Below are positions 52,669-64,000 of a stretch of 64,000 bases of DNA, one piece after another. The DNA lies in the NCBI RefSeq assembly GCF_006345805.1, contig NC_043009.1:30814001-30878000 (forward strand), written 5' to 3'. The notes beneath the pieces are model-generated. The model ran no database searches, had not been told where the DNA came from, and worked only from the letters and a program-made list of their open reading frames with translations. Position numbers and translations under genes: made by a program. The DNA is from Octopus sinensis. Lineage: Eukaryota. How positions within the stretch are numbered: the first letter of the stretch is position 1; each line of letters opens with the position of its first letter.

Positions 52669-53753
52669 TATATATAAACTTACTTGATATGTGAGTGTGT
52701 ATGGAATATGAAATGTTTAGTTCACTGATGATCTGAACCATTATGTATGCTGCCGAAGTGCTATATAACTGGTCGTCTGTGAGGTTCCAAGCTCTCAACT
52801 GAGGCTGGAGCAAGGGATCTGTAGTAGGCTTGTGGCTGAAAACTGTTTACGTGTGGGCCTGTTTTTTTTACTTTAATCTAATGCATTCTCTTTACCATTG
52901 ATCTGAATGTTACTACTTACGAAGTAATCTTACTCACTTTTGCCATTGTTATTAATTTCAAGGCAATATTATTGAAAACACCAATTCTTTTAAGTTAATG
53001 ATTTAAATTATCGTTTGCATCTTGGGATTCGGCCAGCTCATCATGACTGCAAATGCCAATAATTGTAGGTTTGAATCTATTTTTATGTGAAACAATTATC
53101 TACTGAGCAACAATATCTACTATCGTTCTACTGCCGGACTACTACACGCGCATCTCCCACGAATTGGTATGAAACATTTTTGGTATGAAACATTTTTGAA
53201 ATGAAATTTTTCTGTCTTACATAATTATATCTACACCATTGACATCCAAACTGGTATACAATCAGTGAAGTTCTATTGCCCTCTTAAATAACAATATTGA
53301 GAAAGAGGTAAAATTTGACAACAATGAAATGAACAAAATTAAACCTAATACTGTCCTTGATATTTCATCAACAAACTATCTACAATGCTGCTAAAGTGTG
53401 ATTGATGGTGGTTAGTAGGTTTGTAAATACTATAATTAAGATTACTTGTTCCATTTGTTTTTTTATTTTAATTCATGCAACCTTGCCTCCAGCAGGGTTG
53501 TTGTATGTTAGCATTATTCCGGAATTATCTTCATGGTCCCTTTGATGTAAAATTTGCATTTAGCTAAACATTTTTATACTCTGTTTTATTTGAATTTATG
53601 ATGTTGTGTACATCATACAAACACACACACACAGACATATAATACATATAATATATTTATATAAATGCATATATGTATAAATATATATATGTGTATATAT
53701 ATATGTATATAATGTATCTATGTGTTTGTGTGTGAGTGTATGAGTACGGATAT

Positions 53754-53822
<69 letters not shown>

Positions 53823-54174
53823 ATTCAGGAGATACAAGGAAGAAGGTCAACTCAGGCGGACTACAACTGGTGTATACATATACGAATTTAATATGATAGA
53901 ATTGTCTAAAACATATATTAATACATTCAAAATAGAGAGTTATAGCAATATAAACATATATATGAATGTTAAAAATAGGCAAGAACAAATAGATATATAC
54001 ATATGTAAATATAATGGAAGATAGATGAAAACATAGATGAGGATAATAAAATATAGAAAGACATCTCGTTTAAAAATTATGGAATGCATGGAGTAATAAA
54101 GGTTTAAAAAGAGTTTTTGGTACCATACGTAAATGAAAATGAGTATACACACACACACACACTCACACATGGCT

Positions 54175-55080
54175 AAAGTGGCTTGGTATAGCGTTGAGTG
54201 GTAGGAGGAGCCCTTTGGTCAATCAAGACGCTTAAAGGTGCCATCAGAGAAAAGAAAGAGGTTCACAAAGTTTAGCTTAGAAATAAGTCTTCTTTCTTGC
54301 TTTTCAAGTACAAGCAGGTATAAAAAGTTGCTAGAGATAATGAAGAGTCCAAGGTTAAGACATAGGAGAATTTTTGTAGTTAACTTGGAATCCGACTTTA
54401 GATCAGCAAATAAATTATTCTTGTAGGCTTTTTGTAGACTATTCAGTAAGAAGTTCCTTTCCATGCCTGCTGTCAGGAACTCGTCTGGGGTTCTTCTCTC
54501 TGAAGAGAAGTGCATCCTCACAAGGTGGGGAGAGAATAATTTGCTAATCTGAATCCAGTTGTAGCAACATGAAGTGTACCTCAGGGTCACAAGACCTCTT
54601 TAAAAGCTCAAATGTGGCAAGGCAACTGGAATGGAAGAAAATCGGCCTGAGATGTTAAAGAGTCAACCAGTGAATACCTTCTCTATTTAAATAAAGAGGT
54701 ATTCTCTGGTAGACTTTTATATGCCAGGTGGCCTGGATCTCTGAAATGGCATCTAAGCATTGGCCATCGGAAATAATAATCCCAATTTTCAAAAAGGAAC
54801 ACAAGACAGATTGCTCAAATTATACGGGAATCTTCCTGATAAAGTCTATGGTTGGTAACAGACAAAGAGATGTAGGGCTATTGTTGGGTGTGGGATAGCT
54901 ACGAGATAGCTGCTGAACAACGTGATTTTCTGCCCAAGATGCAGCACTTCCAATCAAATATTCACATTGAGGCAGGCCTTTGAGAAATCGTGAGAATATT
55001 GCCAAGAGGAATATGCTTGTTTCGTAGACATCCAAAAAGGTTTACGATGATTCCGTGTCCCATGGAACATGTTTTTGAAC
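54175..55080 (+). mobile_element. RTE-clade LINE ORF2 remnant, 5' part (linker and RT N-terminus)
   Basis: Plus frames KGAIREKKE..DFRSANKLF..KCGKATG..RPEMLK..CQVAWIS..IIIPIFKK..DCSNY..QIFTLRQAFEKS..ACFVDIQK. Confidence 0.85.
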
Positions 55081-55081
55081 C

Positions 55082-55314
55082 CTTTTTTTCTTTTACTTGT
55101 TTCAGTCATTAGACTGCGGCCATGCTGGGGCACCATCTTAACGAATTTTAGTCGAACGAATCGACTCCAGTACTTAATTTTTTAAGTTCGGTACTCATTC
55201 TATCAGATTCTTTTGCCAAACTGCTTAGTTACCTGGACACAAGTACACAAACACTGGTTGTGAAGCAGTGATGGGGTACAATAACAAACACACACACACA
55301 TATATATATATATA

Positions 55315-55356
<42 letters not shown>

Positions 55357-55790
55357 TGTGTGTGTATACATATATATATGTTATGTATGTACATACATAA
55401 ATGACAAAGGACGAGACTGAGTGTTCAACACTGCATTGGTGGATAGAGTTTCTTCATTTGTGCATTAAGGCTACCATTGGTTTCATGTTAAGAAAAACAG
55501 CTTAATATCTTCACAACGTTTCAAGCTGATCACATGGATGAATGGTGTTCGTCCCCAAAATGATGATATTTTTTTAACATGAAACCAATGGTAGCCTTAA
55601 TACACAAATATATATATACACAACAGATTCCATTCAGTTTCCATCAACCAAATCCACTCACAAGGCTTTGGTTGGCCTGGGGCTACAGAAGAAGACACTT
55701 GCCCAAGGTGTCAAGCAGCCGGAGTGAACTCAGCATCTTGTGGTTGGAAAGCAAACTTGTTACCACACAGCAGCGCCTGCATCTCTGTTG
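55082..55790 (-). mobile_element. SINE family A copy inserted in the LINE, itself interrupted
   Basis: Tail at 55082-55290 and head at about 55625-55785, separated by microsatellite and an inverted-repeat element. Confidence 0.8.
55456..55609. repeat. 36-bp inverted repeats with ~80-nt interior
   Basis: ATTTGTGCATTAAGGCTACCATTGGTTTCATGTTAA versus 55574-55609, one mismatch. Confidence 0.85.
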
Positions 55791-55869
55791 TGGCAGTTTC
55801 TGCAGGAATAACGTATCGATGGGCCCTTTTTATTTCCTGAGGTCTTTATACGAATGCTTTAGTATTTGA

Positions 55870-56766
55870 CTTCAGCTAAATGATGCTAAGTCGAAACCAT
55901 TCAATGTGGGTCTCGGACTCCGCCAAGGGTACGCAGTATCACCCCTCCTGTTCGTAATCTTCATGAACTGGATTCATGTGCCTAGCCAGGTTGGAAGTGG
56001 CTTTGTGACCGGTGGGTGTAGGATCATTCAGCTGGAATTTGCAGACGACATGGTACTATCCTACTGATCGAAAAGTGATCTCCGACTTGCACTTGATAGG
56101 CTTGTTCCCGAATGAGGTTCAGCAGGAATGAAAATCAGAACTGCGAGACTGAGACACTTGTCCTCTCGAAGAAATCTACACAGTGTACTAGATGTGAACG
56201 GGGTCCTACTAAAGCAGGCAGAGACGTTCAAGTGCCTCGGAGCCATTTTCGCGAGTGATGGAATTGCAGAAGGTGCTACAGTAACGTATCAGCTGCAGCA
56301 TTTGGTCGATATCTTCAATTCGGTGTTCATGCCCACCCATACCTATGATCACAAATCTTGGATAATAACCAAAAGAATACTATCGCAAATACAAGCAGCC
56401 GAAATAGGTCTCTCATGTAATGTTACTCGACAGAGTGCTTAGCTCAGACATCAGAGAGGCACTCCAGGTAGAGTTGCTGTCTCACCTAATAGAGAGATCA
56501 CAGCTCTGATACTACGGACGTGTCTTAGGAAATAATTGCTGCACAGGTTATAAAGGCAAAACCAGCTGCAGGAAACCCAAGTGTTAGACCACAAGGAAGA
56601 AGCTTCGATAAAACCCATAAGCTCAGCTTCTTTTGCTTGACAGATCCAGCCGGATCAAATGGAATAGGTTGCTTCTGACAGGACACTATGGAAAGCTTGC
56701 TTGACAGCTGTACTTCATAATCCTTACAAGATTTAAGGGCCGAAGAAAATGAGATAAGATAAGATA
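55870..56766 (+). mobile_element. RTE-clade LINE ORF2 remnant, RT core to 3' terminus
   Basis: SKPFNVGLGLRQGYAVSPLLFVIFM..LEFADDMVL..QAETFKCLG..FNSVFMPTHTY..SQIQAAEIG..VASDRTLWKAC..*; ends GAAGAAAATGAGATAAGATAAGATA, a short tandem tail as in RTE/Expander-like LINEs. Confidence 0.9.
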
Positions 56767-57604
56767 TGTTTGTACACAAACACACACATGCATGCACACA
56801 GACACACACACACACAGACACACACACAAAACACACGTACACACACACACACACATATATATATATAATGCTCAGGTCACACAAATATATTTAATTTACT
56901 GAGCATTTATTGAAACAGCTGTAAGGAATGAGGATTAATTTGGTGTTAATAATTTATTAACTCCCCAATGTCCATTTCGTTTCACTTCTTTTATATATAC
57001 ATGTGTGTGTGTATATATATATACACACACACGCACATACATACATATATGTATTCGAAAGCGATGATTCGTTGACTAACACTTCAGACTTTATGGTTAT
57101 AATCTTTATTGATATAAGATTCCAATAACTCAAAATTGCCTTCACCTGCGAGGGAGTCCATGAGATTTCTACCGGCGCTGATATGAGGATATTCAGGGTT
57201 CTCCAATGGCATGGAGATTTTCTGTGCAAGACTGAGTGCTATGTTGAAACAAGCAAAGAACCCTAACGATCATTATCATCATCATCATTGATGTCATCAT
57301 TCTCATTGTCTCTGCCCTCATCATTGTCATTATCATCAACGTTGTCATCGTCATAACCATCCTAGTAATTACCGTATCTTATTTTAAAATTCCCATAGAA
57401 TTAACTGCAAATAATTTAAAAGTAGGATAATGTATAAAAACAGAAACAAACTGAGGAATCAAAAGGCAGACAAAACTAATACACCTTCATGCACATACGC
57501 ACTGATCTATATATATATATATATATACACACGTGCATCCATACATATGCACATATATTTGTATGCGTGGGCAAGTATGTGTGAGGATGTACATATATAC
57601 ATGC

Positions 57605-57635
<31 letters not shown>

Positions 57636-58619
57636 TGTGTGTGAATAATGTTAAAAGCTATAATTTTGATATACATACTTTTAAACATATGTATGCAGAC
57701 TAATATATAAATACACCTTTAGACATTTAGATGCATAGCGATAGATATATGTGAAGAAGAAAAAAAAATATATATATATATATTCGTATGCGAAATGTGT
57801 GTTGTGTGTATATATATATAATATTATATATATTATATATATATATATATATATCATTACACACATTTAGTTTGTATTTAAACACATACACATATATATA
57901 GAGATAGGTGTGTATCTATATATGTATGTATATATATATATATGTATGTATATATATATATATACACACATATAGATACACACACACAGGTATATACTTA
58001 ACTATCACTACCTAAACAATCTAGTCTATAAAGTTAATTGGCGTGTGTATGTGTGGTTCTGTGCGTGTGTCCCCGTGTGCGTGCGTGCATGTGTATTTGT
58101 GTGTTTTAAGGCAGAGCCAACTCTATTACAGTTATTTTTTTCATGAAACATCACAACAAAAGCTACTCCATAGCTCTGCACTAAGACTCTTCTCAGAATC
58201 TCAACATTAAGCAGTGAAACTTGAGTTAGTTAATCAAATGAGATAGTTAGCGCCTGAAGAGATTTCTCGATAGACGGGGTTTTGCTATACTAACATCAAC
58301 ATTTATAAAGAAATCTTTGCAGAGATTTCTCTATGTTACTTTTTCTCTTTTGCCAATATATAAATAGGTTTGTGTTTGTAATTTTTTTTTTTAGTTTACA
58401 CTAATTTGTTTGTCGATTTCTTTCTTTAACATAACCTCCCCTCTTCTTTTTTTATTGCATTATTTAAAGAAATTACTGTTTGTATTTCCCCATTTCTCTC
58501 CCCCTCTCGCACTTACTCTCTCTTATTTGCTGTCACTTTTTTTGACCCCTGTTTTCTCCTTCCCCACTTTTCATTACACTCGGTGTATCTCTTTCCATGG
58601 CCATGGCGTATATATGTAT

Positions 58620-59011
58620 GTATATATTTTTATAAATACATATGCCTTAAATGCATTTATGTATATATATTTATATATGTCTGTGTATATATATATATAC
58701 ATACATATATACATACATATATACATGAATATATATACATATATATAAATATATATATATATATATATGCATGAATATATATACATATATATATATATAC
58801 ATGAATATATATATACATATACATACATATATATATATATACATATATGTATATGTTTGTATGTATACATATATATGAATTATGCATGTCTAATCATATA
58901 TACATATGCAATGGATGTATATACACACATATATATACACATACATATGCTTATATATGTGTACACATATACATATATATTCCTGATTGTGTGCACATAT
59001 GTCTATATGAA

Positions 59012-59053
<42 letters not shown>

Positions 59054-59079
59054 ATAGATATATATAGTTATGTATATAG

Positions 59080-59120
<41 letters not shown>

Positions 59121-59970
59121 CACACACACATTTATATATATTTATATATATACTTATTCATATGTATATATGTGTATATCGAGTATAATTATATCTCCTT
59201 ATGTATACATATATACATATACATATATATATATATATACACACACATATGTGTATATATATATACACATATACGCTTGAATGCGTGTATGTACGTATGG
59301 GTAGGTTGTATTACATTGTGGTTGTTGATGTTTCCATTGTTGTTCATTATCTGTAGCTTACTTATTCCCCTCAGTTCTTTGTTAGATTTTGTAAACCAAC
59401 GTTCAGAATAATTTGCTTGCGGTTAATAAAGTGTATAAGAGTAATTTTATCAGGATTTACTCAATTATTGTCTCTTACATTGAATCTAAGAAATGGGGCA
59501 AAAGAATTGTAAGGTAATAACAAACAAACTTTACAATATCGTAAGAAAGCAAACAAAATATTAACAATAAAGAATAATTCTCCTAAATGATTTGACGTCT
59601 TACGTAGACTCACACACAAACACAGATTTATGTGAACACAAACGCACTCACATACACATGCACACATACATACACATACACTCACATACACATGCACACA
59701 TACATACATACACATACACATGCACACATACACATACACACATACATACATACATACATACTCACATACATATGCACACATACATACTCACATACACATA
59801 CATACATACATACATACATACATACTACATACATACATACATACACATGCACACATACATACACATGCACACTTACATACACATGCACACATACACACAC
59901 ATACATACATACATACATACATACATACATACATACATACATACATACATACATACATACATACATACAT
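58620..59970. repeat. extended compound (TA)/(CATA)/(CACA) microsatellite field
   Basis: Direct reading; source of many I/Y/H/T pseudo-ORFs. Confidence 0.9.
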
Positions 59971-60175
59971 GATTATTGTTTGAGAAGCCAACTTTGAAGC
60001 ATTCGCTCCTTTGCCTCAATTTTCACTTGAACACACATGCGCATATATCTATTGATGACTGAGTGTGAGTGAGTCCATTTGTGCACGCGTGCTTCTGTGC
60101 GTACCTGAAAGGAGTGGACTCAATAGCCCTATATGACCATTGCTTCTCATGCGTTTATTTATACATATAAGTGCA

Positions 60176-60209
<34 letters not shown>

Positions 60210-60455
60210 CCTGTGTGTTTAAGCTTGTAACTATATTAACCCTGTGTGACTTAGTCCTTAGAATAACCCAACCATATTATAACATAACGAAACAAGCAAA
60301 TTAAATGGGTCTTAAGAAGGTTATCCAATCATAAAACCACATGTTCTGTCCAACCCATGTCACTGTGAAAAACCCTACCTGGAAATGATGATATGCATAC
60401 ATGTATCTACGTATGGATTTATCAATGCTTCTATTTATGTGTATACATATATTCA

Positions 60456-60486
<31 letters not shown>

Positions 60487-60814
60487 GTATTGTGCTTATG
60501 AACAGAAAAAAAGTTATTTTTTCAAATATATCAAAATCACATAAATGACACAAATGAATTTGCGTTAAAATGATTTTTTAAGGATTTCTTTAATTCTTCA
60601 TCCTTTTGGGGTCGAAGCAATAACTTTCTGTAATGCAGGTTCTTCATCTGGGTTGTAGTTTTTGTTTGGGGTGTTTGTTAGTTACATTTTATCATCCGTT
60701 TGTGTATTGTTTCATATTTTGGCAATTACAGAAGAACTGCAAAAGAGTTGTTTCCTGCGATAGAAGTATCAATTAATTACAATTTACCCACTAATAGCCA
60801 TAGCTTCCCTGAAG

Positions 60815-61250
60815 CGGCAAGTTGGCCAAATCGTTACTACACCAAGCAAAAAACTTAGCGACATTTTCTCTGTCTCTACGTTTTGAGTTCAAATGCTGCT
60901 GAGGATACCTTTGTCATTCATCCTTTTGGGGTTGAAAAGATAAATACCAGTTGAATGCAGGGGCTGATATCACGGACTTACTCCATCCTACAAAACTGCT
61001 GGCCTTGTGCCAAAATTTGAAAACAATACTTATTCTTGTCTACTATCAGCATAAGGGCCGAATTCTTTTTTGGGTGGGGCTAGTCGATTAGATCGACCTC
61101 AGTACACAAATGGTATTTAATTAATTGACCCCAAAAGAATGTTAGGCAAAGTCAACCCCGGCAGAATTTGAACGCAAAACGTGAAGACAGGCGAAATACC
61201 GCAAAGCATTTCGCCCGGCATGCTAATGTCTCTGCCAGCTTTCTACCTTG
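60815..61250. mobile_element. two SINE family B copies tail-to-tail
   Basis: Plus copy about 60815-61030 (GAGTTCAAATGCTGCTGAGG..TCATCCTTTTGGGG); minus copy about 61040-61250 (GGCAAAGTCAACCCCGGCAGAATTTGAAC). Confidence 0.8.
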
Positions 61251-62363
61251 CTTCCTTGTATTAAGCCTGCTGATTTAATCTTAACGGCGATGTGTGGAAT
61301 AAATGGAAAAAACTAATCCGAAAGCCTACTTTCACAATCAACACCCCAAAACCAATTTCTGTTATTATTCAGCATTTGTTGAGATTTGCAGCGCTATATT
61401 ATAATGAAAACAACCACAAACATCCACCTGAAACCGAATACTGTTCCAAGACGCTAAATGCTGCCTTAACAAGTAACTACTCACAAAATTTCACCCCGGA
61501 CAAAATGGTGAACCTAACGAAAACGAACGCAGCAACACACCAAAGAACGCAATGGCTTCCATTAACAAGCATAAAAAAAAGATTGCCATTCAGTTTATTG
61601 ATGGAAATTAATGCAAAGGCAATCATAAATGCCAACAACCTGTCCTCTTTTAGTTATGTGTATATTTGTATGTGTGTGTGTATAAATGTACATGTGGTGC
61701 ATGTATTTGTGTGTGCAGATATAAATACTCACATACATACATATACATCTAAACGCCCAGATATTGATTTCGTGCATTTAAACGCCCATAAAATATTTCT
61801 TACGTTACAAACTTTGCCACAGGTAATGTAATTTTAATATAGATTATGCTGAATAAATCAATGCTGCAACGCGATAATTTGCGCAACCATCGAGATAAAT
61901 GAAACAAAAATTGACCACACATTGGACTACTAGTTTCGTTTTGGTGTGACTGTAATGCTTCTATAGAGAGCTGAGGTAAATGGACGCCAAATGGATTTTA
62001 TAAATCAAGCGAGCAACGCCTCTACCTGCATGCATTACATACATGTATGAATATATACATAAAAACATACATATATGTATGTGCATGCATGCGTGTGTGT
62101 ATATGTATAAATGTATATATATATATATATATATATATATTTACGAGTGGAGAAAAGAAAGAAAGTGTCACTTAATGCATTTGGTAGGAGTGACGTACAT
62201 TTTTTATTGGCAGTTTGATTCGGTATCATGCAACTTAAAGTTTCATAAACTGGCCAAAGTTATCAAACTCATCAAGTTTGTAGATCTGAATGAAGGGGAT
62301 GCCTTCTGGATGTCAGGCTGGTAATAGCCAATGCATGTTACTTAATACACACACACACACACA

Positions 62364-62456
<93 letters not shown>

Positions 62457-62848
62457 TATATATATATATACCCGAGCAAGCACATACATGTGAAACAAGG
62501 TGGGAAAAAATAGTACTCGAATACCAGAAATAGAGAAATTAAAGCTGCAAAAAACATAAAATATCACAAACAACTGCTACTCAATGTTCATGATAAAAAG
62601 AAAAAAGAATTGCTTGTAGACACTGTCCGTGTTACTAAAACCTGTCTAGAAAATACTTCCCATGTATGAAACTATTCACATCTCATAACTATGTACTGAG
62701 TACATGAAACAATATTTATCTCTCACCGGATGGAGTACTTTTTACTTGATCTTACCTTAGCAGAAAAGCAAACTATATATATGTGTGTGTAAATATATAT
62801 ATATTTGTATACATGTACATATGTGTGTGAATATGCATACATATTCAG

Positions 62849-62895
<47 letters not shown>

Positions 62896-62988
62896 TATAT
62901 ATATATATATACATGAGTGTGTGTGACAAATATTTTTGTAATGCTTTTGCAGCTTTAATAATAAAGTATATATGTATGCATACATATC

Positions 62989-63019
<31 letters not shown>

Positions 63020-63175
63020 TATATACATATACAGAGAGAGAAGGGGGAGAAAGAGATAGTTATAGTACAGATATACATGTATGTACGTACATATATGAGT
63101 GTGTGTGTATTTGTATTTATCGACACATGTATACATACATACATTTTATATATATATATATGTATATATACATAT

Positions 63176-63218
<43 letters not shown>

Positions 63219-63230
63219 TAATATATATAT

Positions 63231-63271
<41 letters not shown>

Positions 63272-63280
<9 letters not shown>

Positions 63281-63620
63281 AAATTAGAGACAAAACCACT
63301 ATTATGCAAATCAAACAAAGAAGACTTAAGCCAATACATAAATAATTTATATAAATTAAAATTTAACAAATGAATAACCACTACGATCGTCTAAGATGTC
63401 TAAGATGTGCTGACACGAAACGATTGTAGTGGTTATTCATTTGTTAAATTTTAATTTATATAAATTATTTATGTATTGGCTTAAGTCTTTCTTTGTTTGA
63501 TTTGCATAATAGTGGTTTTTTTCTCTAATTTATTATAATATAATATTTTACTATAAAATTGGATTCAATCTTAAATCTGATTTTTCCTTGTAAATTTGGA
63601 TTTATTCCCTAATATTTATT
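63272..63620. mobile_element. PLE-terminal-repeat-like family 3: ~120-bp inverted repeat with a degenerate hammerhead at the junction
   Basis: Arms 63272-63390 and 63420-63540 near-identical; CTAAGA T GTG ctga CAC GAAAC GATTGTA GTGG at 63400-63432; left arm preserves the palindrome ACGATCGT. Confidence 0.75.
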
Positions 63621-63635
63621 ATCATTATATATATA

Positions 63636-63669
<34 letters not shown>

Positions 63670-63674
<5 letters not shown>

Positions 63675-64000
63675 ACATCATTTACATTTGACGAATATTT
63701 GTCCTCATCTTGTTTGCTGTTAACACAATGTTTCAGCTGATATACCCTCAGCCTTCATCAGGTGTCTTGGGGAAATTTCGAACCTGGGTTCTCATTCCTA
63801 AGGTATTTTTCGATGTTATTATTATTATTACTATGCAGGTCTACTAACCCCAGGATTCTGAGTTCGATTCCAAGCAGTGACCTAAATAGTAATAATAATA
63901 GTAATAATAATAATAACATCGAAAAATACCTTAGGAATGAGAACCCAGGTTTGGAATTTCCCCAAGACACCTGATGAAGGCTGTAGGGTATATCAGCGGA
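63670..64000. mobile_element. family F element pair in inverted arrangement (truncated by window end)
   Basis: Minus tail 63670-63832; plus copy from 63838 with B-box GAGTTCGATTCC, (AAT)n and AACATCGAAAAATACCTTAGGAATGAGAACCCAGG...GACACCTGATGAAGGCTG. Confidence 0.88.
63722..63766 (-). ncRNA. minimal hammerhead motif, family F (stem III mutated)
   Basis: GACAC CTGATGA A GGCTG agggtatat CAGCT GAAAC ATT GTGTT: CUGAUGA and GAAA intact, GTT>ATT. Confidence 0.7.

Noticed and set aside
61292-61831. 179-aa ORF
   Set aside because: No recognisable motif, and it runs into microsatellite sequence; probably a chance ORF.
61840-62030. Two ATAAATCA (Pbx/Hox-like TGATTTAT) motifs in non-repetitive sequence
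   Set aside because: Expected by chance in AT-rich DNA; no conservation data.

Overview
AT-rich, microsatellite-dense eukaryotic DNA. The SINE families look like those of Octopus (recognised from memory, no database search run). I found no convincing host protein-coding exon, true tRNA/rRNA gene or CRISPR array, and nearly all listed ORFs are translations of microsatellites or decayed repeats. The window is mostly transposon debris: at least five tRNA-headed or LINE-tailed SINE-like families, an RTE-clade LINE split by nested insertions (54.2-56.8 kb), a Ty3/Gypsy pol remnant (44.6-46.3 kb), a Helitron/Pif1-type helicase fragment (9.0-9.5 kb), a mariner remnant (14.2-14.7 kb), a TTAA-flanked piggyBac-type MITE (40.05-40.27 kb) and two Penelope-like (PLE) GIY-YIG remnants (31.5-32.0 and 47.9-48.4 kb). 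The most interesting signal is a composite element at 28.7-29.2 kb and 63.7-64.0 kb. It reads tRNA-like Pol III head + (AAT)n + a tail matching the 3' terminus of the PLE at 48.2-48.4 kb, and the tail carries a minimal hammerhead-ribozyme motif. Both insertions are in an inverted, fold-back configuration. This suggests a Penelope-mobilised, ribozyme-carrying SINE. Two further unrelated hammerhead-bearing repeat families and several fold-back inverted repeats are also present. No hammerhead copy fully inside the window is intact, so ribozyme activity is inferred from the consensus only. Coordinates were counted by hand and repeat boundaries are approximate.
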